This document shows positions 28,079 through 36,735 of a stretch of 53,132 nt of DNA, one piece after another. The stretch comes from a bacterium. GTDB lineage: Bacteria; Patescibacteriota; Minisyncoccia; Phycocordibacterales; UBA9973. How positions within the stretch are numbered: the stretch's first letter is position 1; each line of letters starts with the position of its first letter. The notes beneath the pieces are model-generated. The model saw nothing but the letters and a program-made list of their open reading frames with translations. It did no database searches and was not told where the DNA came from. The stretch lies in assembly GCA_037132055.1 (NCBI GenBank), contig JBAXPX010000002.1:1-53132 (forward strand), written 5' to 3'. A program made the position numbers and the translations under genes.

Positions 28079-29107
28079 ATGTCAACAATATCATTCAAGC
28101 CAAAACAAATTACAAAAAAGATAACCTCACACCTCCAAGACAGGGCGAGTGATGTTATTATGAACCGTTTTGGGTTGACTGGAGACGCAGAAAGAAGGAC
28201 ACTTGAAGAAATTGGCAAGAAATACAACATTACTCGTGAACGTGTAAGACAAATAGAAGAGGCAGCACTAACTTTAATTAAAAAATCCCAAGCTTACAAA
28301 GGTGAACAAGTAATATTTGATGAATTAAAACAATTAATCCATTCACTCGGAGCAGTCGTTGCAGAAAATGATTTATTGAATCATATATCAAAAGACAAAG
28401 CGACCCAAAATCATATTCATTTTTTTCTAGTTTTAAGTGACGTCTTTAAGAAACACAGAGAAGACGAGCATTTTCATACTCGTTGGAGCGTTGATGACGA
28501 AATGGCACAAAAAGTCCACGAATCTCTTAAAAAACTTTATTCAAGCTTAAATGACGAAGATCTTATTCTAGAAGCTGAGATGATAAAAAAGTTTTTTGAT
28601 CAAATGAAAGATGTTGCTGATCAGTATAAAAATGAAGAAATTGCCAAAAGATGGCTATCAATGTCAAAAACAATTTCCAAAAATCCACTTGGAGAATGGG
28701 GTAAAGCAACTTCACCAAATATCAGAACACGTGGAGTAAAAGATTATGCATTCTTAGTCATGAGACGTCATGGTTCGCCTATGCATTTTAGAGAAGTTGC
28801 TGATGCTATAACAAAAACTTTCGGTAAAAAAACTCATTATGCAACTTGTCACAATGAACTTATAAAAGATTCCAGATTTGTTTTGGTTGGACGTGGAATG
28901 TATGCACTTTCTGAATGGGGATACAAAGCGGGTATTGCTCGGGAAGTTATTAAAGATATATTAAAAAGAGAAGGTCCTCTTACCAAAGAACAAATAGCAG
29001 AAAAGGTAATGAAAGAGAGATATTTCAAGAAGAATACTATTTTGGTAAATTTAGCAAATTCAAAATATTTCAAGAAAAACAAAAGTGGGCTTTATACACT
29101 AGCTTAA
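28079..29107 (+). CDS. Sigma-70 region-4-like HTH fused to a C-terminal HARE-HTH (RNAP delta-like) domain
   Basis: N-terminal RFGL.G....TLEEIGKKYNITRERVRQIEEAAL (sigma region 4.2 signature). C-terminal MHFREVADAI...ATCHNELIKDSRFVLVGRGMYALSEWGY (HARE-HTH-like). Confidence 0.55.
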   Translation: MSTISFKPKQITKKITSHLQDRASDVIMNRFGLTGDAERRTLEEIGKKYNITRERVRQIEEAALTLIKKSQAYKGEQVIFDELKQLIHSLGAVVAENDLLNHISKDKATQNHIHFFLVLSDVFKKHREDEHFHTRWSVDDEMAQKVHESLKKLYSSLNDEDLILEAEMIKKFFDQMKDVADQYKNEEIAKRWLSMSKTISKNPLGEWGKATSPNIRTRGVKDYAFLVMRRHGSPMHFREVADAITKTFGKKTHYATCHNELIKDSRFVLVGRGMYALSEWGYKAGIAREVIKDILKREGPLTKEQIAEKVMKERYFKKNTILVNLANSKYFKKNKSGLYTLA

Positions 29108-29159
29108 CTTTCCACAAATTTGCTTCTTATTTTAAGGTTTTTGTATTAAAATGTAAGTA

Positions 29160-30440
29160 ATGGCTGACCCATTGTTTAGTTTTATTTGGAGTATAATATC
29201 ATTTTTATTACCCTATGTTGCAGTAGTGATTCTTTGTGTTGTTGCTTGGAAATTCTGGCTTCATTATATTCAGCAAAATTTTATAGCTGGAATAGAGTGG
29301 GTTTTACTTGAAATAGTTCCTCCGCGCGATGTTTTGAGATCCCCAAAGGGAATGGAGCTCTTTATAACAAATGCTCTCTATCATTGGAGTATGAAAGGAG
29401 GAAAAGAAGAATACTGGCAAGGAGCAGTTTGGTTTTGGTTTTCTCTTGAAATTGCATCTATTGACGGGCAGGTACATTTTTATGTGCGTACTCCTTCTCG
29501 TTTAAAAAGCTTAATCGAAACACAGATGTATGCACAGTATCCCCAAGCTCAAGTAAAAGTAGTAGAAGATTATACCTTGGCTGTCGATGAAATTTCACCA
29601 AGTAGTACTTGGAATGGTTGGGGGTGTGAATTTAAATTAAAAAATCCTCAAGCCTTCCCGATAAAAACTTATGTTGACTATGGACTAGACAAAGATCCAA
29701 AAGAAGAACAGAAAGTCGATCCTATTTCCTCAGTCATAGAACTTTTTGGTTCTATACAAAAAGGAGAGCAAATGTGGATGCAAATAGTAGTTACTCCTTC
29801 AAAAAAAGAATATCACACAAAAGGAACCTTTTTTGGCCATCATGATTGGGTAGAAGAATCAAAACTTCAGATAAACAAATTATTGAAACCTTATACCAGT
29901 GTCAAGGATGAAGGGGCAAGGATAGAAGTACGTGTTCCTTCATTTGTTGAACCAGTAATAAAAGGAGCTACTGCAAAAATGCAAAAACTCGGCTTTGATA
30001 CTGGCATTAGGATTTTTTATGTTGCTAAAAAAGAAGCCTTCAGTATGAACAATCGACGAAATATCCGATTGATTTTTAGACAATACGCTAATCCATTTTC
30101 GAATGAACTTATGCGTCATAATTCTACACAAGCTGATGCCTATGGTGGATATTTTACAATTTCTCCCAAGGTAGTCATGTTGTTAGCTGATAGAATGCTT
30201 CATGAATACAGAGAAAGAGCGTTTTTTCATCTCCCAATGCGACATAATATTTTTAATACGCACAATGTTTTTTGGCCGTTTTCTCTTTTCTTTCATGCGT
30301 ATCATCATCCAGAGAACTTTGTTTTAAACGTAGAAGAGCTTGCCACTCTATGGCACTTCCCAGGCCAAATCCTAAAAGTGCCTACTCTTGAACGTATCGA
30401 GTCCAAAGAAGCTGCTCCACCTACGAATTTACCGACCTAA
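29160..30440 (+). CDS. Conserved hypothetical N-terminally anchored protein
   Basis: TM helix, then WVLLEIVPPRDVLRSPKGMELF...FSLEIASIDGQVHFYVRTP...AQYPQAQV... and C-terminal EELATLWHFPG. Family name not recalled with certainty. Confidence 0.45.
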   Translation: MADPLFSFIWSIISFLLPYVAVVILCVVAWKFWLHYIQQNFIAGIEWVLLEIVPPRDVLRSPKGMELFITNALYHWSMKGGKEEYWQGAVWFWFSLEIASIDGQVHFYVRTPSRLKSLIETQMYAQYPQAQVKVVEDYTLAVDEISPSSTWNGWGCEFKLKNPQAFPIKTYVDYGLDKDPKEEQKVDPISSVIELFGSIQKGEQMWMQIVVTPSKKEYHTKGTFFGHHDWVEESKLQINKLLKPYTSVKDEGARIEVRVPSFVEPVIKGATAKMQKLGFDTGIRIFYVAKKEAFSMNNRRNIRLIFRQYANPFSNELMRHNSTQADAYGGYFTISPKVVMLLADRMLHEYRERAFFHLPMRHNIFNTHNVFWPFSLFFHAYHHPENFVLNVEELATLWHFPGQILKVPTLERIESKEAAPPTNLPT

Positions 30441-30443
30441 TTT

Positions 30444-31385
30444 ATGGAAAATACTCAATTGCCAAAGAATGAAGTTGAATTTATAAAAAATTCTTCTAGA
30501 GATAGTTTATTTATAAAAAGCGCAATTATTTTTGTTGTTTTTCTTTTTCTATTTTCTATTTTCTATTTTCTATTTTTAAGTGCACCTAATAATTTCCCTA
30601 GTCAAAGTATCATTAGTATTGAAAAAGGCGCAACACTCACAAGTATTTCTGAAGATTTAAAAGAAAAAAAAATAATACGCTCTAAAGTTTTATTTGAAGC
30701 TTTTGTTATAATCTATGGCGGCGAGAATCATATAGCCCAAGGAGATTACCTTTTTGAAGGAAAGTTACCAGTTTTTGAAGTTGCAAGAAGAATTTCAAAA
30801 AGGGATAGGCACCTAGCTACGGTAAAAGTTACTATTCCTGAGGGTTTTGATTCGGCTCAAATTTCAGATACATTTTCAGCGAAATTGAGGAATTTTAATG
30901 AGGAGAATTTTTTATTAGAAGCAAAAAATAAGGAGGGGTATCTTTTTCCAGATACATATTTTTTCTTTACGACAGACAATGAACAAGATGTAATAAAATA
31001 TATGAGTGACAATTTTAATAAGAAAATTAAATTAGTGGAACGTGATATAATTTCAACCGGTAAAAATCAAAATGAAATTATTATAATGGCATCTCTTATA
31101 GAGAGAGAAGCAAAAGGAGATAGTGATAGGGGCATAATTTCTGGAATTTTATGGAATAGGATATCAAAAAAAATGCCACTTCAAGTAGATGCTGCGCCAG
31201 ATACTTATAAAACAAGAGGATTGCCAGAAAGTCCGATTTGCAATCCAGGGATTGAAGCTATAAGGGCGGCGATAAAGCCCAACGCCTCTAACTATTTGTA
31301 TTACATACATGACAAAAATGGAGTGATACATTATGCCCGTAGTTTTACAGAGCATAAAAAAAATATATCAAAATATTTAAAATAA
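30444..31385 (+). CDS. mltG: Endolytic murein transglycosylase MltG (YceG-like)
   Basis: N-terminal TM, MASLIEREAK, LQVDA, YKTRGLPESPICNPG.EAIRAA..P. Confidence 0.85.
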   Translation: MENTQLPKNEVEFIKNSSRDSLFIKSAIIFVVFLFLFSIFYFLFLSAPNNFPSQSIISIEKGATLTSISEDLKEKKIIRSKVLFEAFVIIYGGENHIAQGDYLFEGKLPVFEVARRISKRDRHLATVKVTIPEGFDSAQISDTFSAKLRNFNEENFLLEAKNKEGYLFPDTYFFFTTDNEQDVIKYMSDNFNKKIKLVERDIISTGKNQNEIIIMASLIEREAKGDSDRGIISGILWNRISKKMPLQVDAAPDTYKTRGLPESPICNPGIEAIRAAIKPNASNYLYYIHDKNGVIHYARSFTEHKKNISKYLK

Positions 31386-31386
31386 A

Positions 31387-31914
31387 ATGAGAAAACACGA
31401 TTTTGCTTTTATAGATATAGAAACTACTGGACTCAGCGTTATAGAGCATGAGATTATCCAGATTGGTTGTGTTGTTACCGACGACAAACTTAAAATCAAA
31501 GAAGAGTTCGAGCTGAAAATAAAACCAAAAAATATTGAAAATGCCGATAAAACTGCTTTAAAAATAAACCATTATAATGAGCAAGATTGGGAAAACGCAT
31601 ACGAGCTGAAAGATGCTTTAAAAATTTTTTCCAAAAAAGTAAAAGATTGTATAATGGTCGGGCAAAATGTGGCATTTGATTCTGGGTTTTTGGAATATAA
31701 TTTTGAAAAGAATAATATAAAAAATAGCATGCATTATCATAGGCTAGATACTATATCTATCGCTTGGGCGAAGCTTCATAACAACGAAGATGTCTTGCAT
31801 TTTTCTTTACGAGAAATGTGTAAATATTTTGATATAAAAAATGACAATCCACACAGTGCGCTTTCAGACGCACGTGCTACCTATGAGCTTTACAAAAAGC
31901 TCATGAATCTATAA
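31387..31914 (+). CDS. DEDDh 3-prime-5-prime exonuclease (DnaQ/epsilon-like)
   Basis: ExoI FIDIETTGL, ExoII GQNVAFDSGFL, ExoIII HSALSDARATYELY. Confidence 0.8.
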   Translation: MRKHDFAFIDIETTGLSVIEHEIIQIGCVVTDDKLKIKEEFELKIKPKNIENADKTALKINHYNEQDWENAYELKDALKIFSKKVKDCIMVGQNVAFDSGFLEYNFEKNNIKNSMHYHRLDTISIAWAKLHNNEDVLHFSLREMCKYFDIKNDNPHSALSDARATYELYKKLMNL

Positions 31915-31944
31915 AATTCAAGAATGATGTTTTTAAGGGGTTTT

Positions 31945-31990
31945 GAGGCTGACGAGCCGAAAATTTCAGGCCTTCGGCTCTGAGAGCCTC
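31945..31990 (+). other. GC-rich two-tier hairpin in the exonuclease-mnmA spacer
   Basis: gaggct-gac-gagccgaa-aatttcaggcc-ttcggctc-tgag-agcctc. It stands out against AT-rich surroundings. It may act as a terminator, but there is no immediate T-run. Confidence 0.4.
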
Positions 31991-32058
31991 AGGCTCGATG
32001 AGATTTTTTAAGCTTCAAAAAATCCGTACCGGCAAAAATATCATTCCTGAATTTTATT

Positions 32059-33258
32059 ATGAAAAAGAAAAAAACAGCTTGTGGTGAGCAAAGTCGAACT
32101 GTATTTGTGGGCATGTCTGGAGGGGTAGACTCATCTGTCTCGGCAGCATTATTAAAAGAGCAAGGTTTTAATGTTGTTGGGGTGTTTATTAAAACATGGC
32201 ACCCAGATTTTTTAGTGTGCAATGAGGAGGAGGAGCGTCGTGATGCTATGCGAGTTTGTGCTCATTTAGATATTCCTTTTTTAACTTTTGATTTTGAAAA
32301 AATATATAAAAAAGAAGTTGCTGATTATATGATTGCTGAATATAAGCAAGGACGGACCCCAAATCCGGACGTGATGTGCAATAAAGAAATAAAGTTTGGC
32401 GCTTTTTTAAAAAAGGTGCTTGCTATGGGAGCGGACTATGTCGCGACTGGACATTATGCGCAAACATGTGACGTTTCTTCTCATTTTTCGTCCCTGCGCC
32501 CTTCCCTTGATTACAAGGGCGGGGCCCTCGGGAAGCTAAAAATGAAAAGAAATGTCACATGTTTATGTAAGGGTATTGATTCAACAAAAGATCAAAGTTA
32601 TTTTCTTTGGACATTAAAAAAAGAACAACTCTCAAAAATTCTTTTTCCAGTAGGCAATTTAGAAAAAAAACAAGTCAGAATTTTAGCAAAAAAATTTAAA
32701 TTGCCTGTGGCAGAAAAAAAAGATAGTCAGGGCATATGTTTTTTGGGGGTGGTGGATTTAAAAGAATTTTTGAAGCACTATATTAAAGAAAAAAAAGGCG
32801 ATGTAGTCATCGTTCCGAGCGAAAGCGAAAGAGGAAAGAAGCAAGTTATCGGATTTCACAATGGTGTTGTTTTTCATACTCTTGGAGAGAGACATGGTTT
32901 TACTGTAACAAAAAAAAGCCCTAACGACGCACCATATTATGTTGTTGCAAAAGATATTAAAAAAAATATTTTATATGTGTCGCAAAACATAAATAAAAAT
33001 AAAGATTATTCATACTCTTTTAAGGATAATTTTTGTCTGATATTAAATAATACGAATTGGGTTTCTGTTATTCCAGAAGAAAACAAAAATTACACCGCAC
33101 AAATACGTTATCATGGAGAATTCTTAATCTGTCAAATTAAGAAGATAAATAAAAAAGAAGTAAAAGTCGTATTTGATAGGCCTATTCTGGTAGATAGAGG
33201 TCAGTCTTGTGTTATATATGATAAAGATGTTGTTTTAGGCGGGGGAGTTATAAAATAA
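32059..33258 (+). CDS. mnmA: tRNA 2-thiouridine(34) synthase MnmA, carrying an in-frame insertion
   Basis: PP-loop GMSGGVDSSV, RTPNPDVMCN, ATGHYA, KDQSYFL, and a C-terminal beta-barrel; 399 aa. Confidence 0.9.
   Translation: MKKKKTACGEQSRTVFVGMSGGVDSSVSAALLKEQGFNVVGVFIKTWHPDFLVCNEEEERRDAMRVCAHLDIPFLTFDFEKIYKKEVADYMIAEYKQGRTPNPDVMCNKEIKFGAFLKKVLAMGADYVATGHYAQTCDVSSHFSSLRPSLDYKGGALGKLKMKRNVTCLCKGIDSTKDQSYFLWTLKKEQLSKILFPVGNLEKKQVRILAKKFKLPVAEKKDSQGICFLGVVDLKEFLKHYIKEKKGDVVIVPSESERGKKQVIGFHNGVVFHTLGERHGFTVTKKSPNDAPYYVVAKDIKKNILYVSQNINKNKDYSYSFKDNFCLILNNTNWVSVIPEENKNYTAQIRYHGEFLICQIKKINKKEVKVVFDRPILVDRGQSCVIYDKDVVLGGGVIK
32464..32562 (+). repeat. 99-nt palindromic element lying in frame inside mnmA (AT-rich 25-nt inverted arms, GC-rich hairpin core)
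   Basis: The arms acatgtgacgtttcttctcattttt (32464-32488) and aaaaatgaaaagaaatgtcacatgt (32538-32562) are complementary at 23 of 25 positions. The core contains cgccctt(32497-32503)/aagggcg(32515-32521). The segment is 33 codons with no stop. Confidence 0.6.
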
Positions 33259-33300
33259 CTTCCTTTCTTTTTTAAAAGTAGTCTTATATAATAGATATAT

Positions 33301-33783
33301 ATGGAACAATTTTTTGTGCAAAATAGTCACGTAATTTTAAGATTATCAGTAGCAATAATTTTAGGGATGCTCATAGGAGCTGAACGTATTTTAGTACACA
33401 AAGAAGCTGGAATGAAAACCCATGCTCTTGTTTCTATGGGGGCTGCATTGTTTATTATAGTTTCTGAATATTTATCAGTACTTTACGCTGGAGTAAATGG
33501 TTTTAATCCTGCAGTTATAGCTTCAAACATAATCGTTGGAATTGGGTTTCTGGGAGCAGGATCTATTATTCTTCAAGGTTCTCGCTTGAAGGGTCTTACA
33601 ACGGCTGGAGGGCTTTGGGTTACAGCAGGCATAGGCATAGCAGCTGGGTATGGGCTTTTTAGTCTTGCTATTATCTCTACTCTATTAGTTCTTATGATTT
33701 TTGTAATATTAAATATGTTAGAACAACCGCTTTTGAGAATATCCGAAAAGAGTTTAAATAATTCTGAAAAAATAGAGAGCTAA
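33301..33783 (+). CDS. mgtC: MgtC/SapB family membrane protein
   Basis: RLSVAIILGMLIGAERI...AGMKTHALV..GAAL and several TM helices; 160 aa. Confidence 0.8.
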   Translation: MEQFFVQNSHVILRLSVAIILGMLIGAERILVHKEAGMKTHALVSMGAALFIIVSEYLSVLYAGVNGFNPAVIASNIIVGIGFLGAGSIILQGSRLKGLTTAGGLWVTAGIGIAAGYGLFSLAIISTLLVLMIFVILNMLEQPLLRISEKSLNNSEKIES

Positions 33784-33789
33784 TCGTAT

Positions 33790-35529
33790 ATGCAATCAAA
33801 TGAAATAAGGTCAAGATTTTTGAAATTTTTTGAAGAACGAGGACATAAAATAGTTCCTTCTTCTTCACTGTTGCCAGAAAACGATCCATCTGTGCTTTTT
33901 ACCACTGCCGGAATGCAGCAATTTAAACCCTACTATACAGCTCCACAGAATGCTCAAAAAGATTTTGATTCTAAAAACACGACATCATCACAAAAATGCG
34001 TGCGTACTTCTGATATAGATGAAGTTGGAGACAAGACGCACCTTTCTTTTTTTGAAATGTTAGGAAATTTTTCTTTTGGTGGTTATGGTAAAAAAGAAGC
34101 TATTACTTTTGCATATGATTTTATTACGAAAGAATTAGGGTTAACTATTTCTTATGTAACTTATTATGAAGGTGCAGGATTTATTCCGGCAGACGAAAAG
34201 TCAAAAAAAATTTGGGAGGAAATTGGGGTTAAAGACGTGAGAAAGGATGGGAGTGATGTATTTTGGGGCCCTACCGGGGATTCTGGCCCATGTGGTCCTA
34301 CTACTGAGATATATTGCAAAAACGCTTCTGGGGAAGATGTGGAGATATGGAATATTGTTTTCAATGAATATTTTTGTGATGGTTCTAGAGAAAAATTTGA
34401 CAAGGGTGAAGCAAACCTAACAAAACTAGAAACATTTGGTGTTGATACTGGTATGGGTTTTGAAAGATTACTTATGACTGAAAACAAAAAAGATAGTATT
34501 TATGAAACTGATTTATTTGAACAGGTTATGTCTTTGATAAAAGAAAAAGCCAAAAATTATAATGAAAAATCAGCACGTGTTGTAGCTGATCATTTGCGTA
34601 GTGCGTTGTTTATGGTTTCTGACAATTCAATTCCTGGGAACAAAGGTAGTGGCTATATAACACGTCGTCTTATTAGGAGAGCTGTTGTGAAAGCAAGTGG
34701 GCTTGGTCTTTCTGATGATGTTTTTGGGGGTATTTTAGATAAATTTGTTGAAAAATATAAAGATATATATCCAAAAGTAAACAATGATATTGTAAGACAG
34801 GAAATAAAAAAAGAAATTTCAAAATTTAAAGAATCGCTAGAACAGGGTATAAAAGAATTTAACAAAGACACAGATCCATTTATTTTAGCTACGACATATG
34901 GTTTTCCTATTGAATTAACTGAAGAACTAGCTAATGAAAAAGGTTTAAAGATAAATAGAGAAGATTTTGATAAAAAAATGGTTGAACATCAGAAGCTTTC
35001 GAAGACTGCATCAGTTGGTATGTTTAAAGGAGGCCTTTTAAATGACAATGAAAAGACGATCAAACTTCACACAGCTCACCACTTACTTTTGGCTGGACTT
35101 CAAGCAACAATAAATCAAAACATAAAACAAAAAGGTAGCAATATAAATGAAGAAAGATTACGAATAGATTTTCTTTGTGATCATAAGCTTACCGACGAAG
35201 AAAAGAAAAAAATTGAAGATTGGGTAAATGACAAGATAAAAGCTAAATTGAATGTTGTTCACAAAGAGATGAGTCTTGTCGACGCACAAAAGATCGGAGC
35301 TCAAATGGAATTTGGAGCAAAATACAAAGATAATGTGTCTGTATATTTTATTGAAGATGATAAAGGTAACCAAATATCTAAAGAATTCTGTGCGGGTCCG
35401 CATGTCAAAAACACCAGTGAGCTTGCTAGTGTTTTTGATCCCGATGGTAATCCGAAAGGTAACTTCAAAATAATCAAGGAAGAGGCTGTGGCTTCTGGCG
35501 TACGTAGGATTAAGGCTGTACTTCTATAA
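33790..35529 (+). CDS. alaS: Alanine--tRNA ligase, short form (no C-terminal C-Ala/DHHA1 extension)
   Basis: IRSRFLKFFEERGHKIVPSSSL, FTTAGMQQFKP, FFEMLGNFSFG, WGP.GPCGP..EI, editing-domain HTAHHLL and CAGPHV; only 579 aa. Confidence 0.9.
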   Translation: MQSNEIRSRFLKFFEERGHKIVPSSSLLPENDPSVLFTTAGMQQFKPYYTAPQNAQKDFDSKNTTSSQKCVRTSDIDEVGDKTHLSFFEMLGNFSFGGYGKKEAITFAYDFITKELGLTISYVTYYEGAGFIPADEKSKKIWEEIGVKDVRKDGSDVFWGPTGDSGPCGPTTEIYCKNASGEDVEIWNIVFNEYFCDGSREKFDKGEANLTKLETFGVDTGMGFERLLMTENKKDSIYETDLFEQVMSLIKEKAKNYNEKSARVVADHLRSALFMVSDNSIPGNKGSGYITRRLIRRAVVKASGLGLSDDVFGGILDKFVEKYKDIYPKVNNDIVRQEIKKEISKFKESLEQGIKEFNKDTDPFILATTYGFPIELTEELANEKGLKINREDFDKKMVEHQKLSKTASVGMFKGGLLNDNEKTIKLHTAHHLLLAGLQATINQNIKQKGSNINEERLRIDFLCDHKLTDEEKKKIEDWVNDKIKAKLNVVHKEMSLVDAQKIGAQMEFGAKYKDNVSVYFIEDDKGNQISKEFCAGPHVKNTSELASVFDPDGNPKGNFKIIKEEAVASGVRRIKAVLL

Positions 35530-35553
35530 TTTTGTTTATGATATAATTGTAGT

Positions 35554-36726
35554 ATGGGAATTTTTTCTAAACAAAAAGAAGAATCAAAACTGGCGTTGGT
35601 TTTTGATCTAGGGTCTTCTTCTGTTAGTGGTGCACTTTTTTGGATGAAAAGAGATGGTGCGCCACAGATTATCTTCTCTATTCGTGAACCAATAGTTCTA
35701 GAAGAAAAAATTGATTTTAACAAATTCTTATCTGAAACTCTAAAAACACTAGAAATAGTAGCAAGTAAAGCAAGCATATCGGGGCTCGGTGCTCCAACGA
35801 AGTTTTTTTGCGTATTATCGTCACCGTGGTATTCTTCTCAAGTTAGAAATATTTCTCTTAAAAAAAATACTCCGTTTATTTTTACTTCGAAACTTGCAGA
35901 TGAATTAATACAAAAGGAGAGTAGTCTCTTTAAAGAAGAATATTTGAAGAACGAACAAAGTGAAAATCAAGTTCGCCCGATAGAACTTAGAAATATGAGG
36001 ACTATGCTGAATGGTTATGCTACAAGTAAGCCATTAAATCAGAAAACAAAAGACATAGAAATGGCTGTTTTTGTATCGATGAGCCCTGAAAAAGTCTTGA
36101 TTGGGATAGAGGATATAGTAGAGAAACACTTTCATCAGAGAGATGTTAAATTCTCTTCTTTTGTTCTGGCGTCATTTACGGTTGCTCGCGATATGTTTAT
36201 ACATCAAGATAATTTTTCTTTAGTTGATATCGGTGGAGAAATCACAGAGATATCTTTAGTCAAAAAAGATGCTTTGTGTTCGTCGTCTTCTTTTCCGATA
36301 GGCTACAATTATTTTGTTCGTGAATTGTCAGCCAGATTAAAATGTTCTCTCGATGAAGCAAAATCTTACATTTCTCTCTATAACGACAATCATGCATCCG
36401 TAACTACAGAAAAAAAACTTAAACCAATTATTGAAAAATTAAAGTTAGAGTGGCTTGCACAATTTCAAAAAGCCTTGGTATTTCTGTCGAACGATATTTC
36501 TGTTTCCTCTACTATTTTTATGACAGTTGACGAAGAATTAGCAGAATTTTTTGCTGAAACAATTAAAAACGAACAATTCAACCAATATGCTTTTACTGAA
36601 TCAAAATTTAGAGTTGTATATTTAGGTACTCAAATGCTCCATGGTATAGCTGAATATAAAAAGGATATAAAACATGATTCTTTTATTACTATTGAGTCTA
36701 TTTATATAAATCATTTTTTAGGATAA
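35554..36726 (+). CDS. Actin-fold ATPase-like protein (FtsA/PilM-like)
   Basis: Phosphate-1-like LVFDLGSSSVSGAL and phosphate-2-like LVDIGGEITEISLV; 390 aa. Confidence 0.4.
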   Translation: MGIFSKQKEESKLALVFDLGSSSVSGALFWMKRDGAPQIIFSIREPIVLEEKIDFNKFLSETLKTLEIVASKASISGLGAPTKFFCVLSSPWYSSQVRNISLKKNTPFIFTSKLADELIQKESSLFKEEYLKNEQSENQVRPIELRNMRTMLNGYATSKPLNQKTKDIEMAVFVSMSPEKVLIGIEDIVEKHFHQRDVKFSSFVLASFTVARDMFIHQDNFSLVDIGGEITEISLVKKDALCSSSSFPIGYNYFVRELSARLKCSLDEAKSYISLYNDNHASVTTEKKLKPIIEKLKLEWLAQFQKALVFLSNDISVSSTIFMTVDEELAEFFAETIKNEQFNQYAFTESKFRVVYLGTQMLHGIAEYKKDIKHDSFITIESIYINHFLG

Positions 36727-36735
36727 GATATATTT

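Noticed and set aside
31989-32222. 77-aa minus-strand ORF overlapping the mnmA start.
   Set aside because: It is antisense to the conserved PP-loop region of mnmA and to the GC-rich spacer hairpin, with no coding signature.
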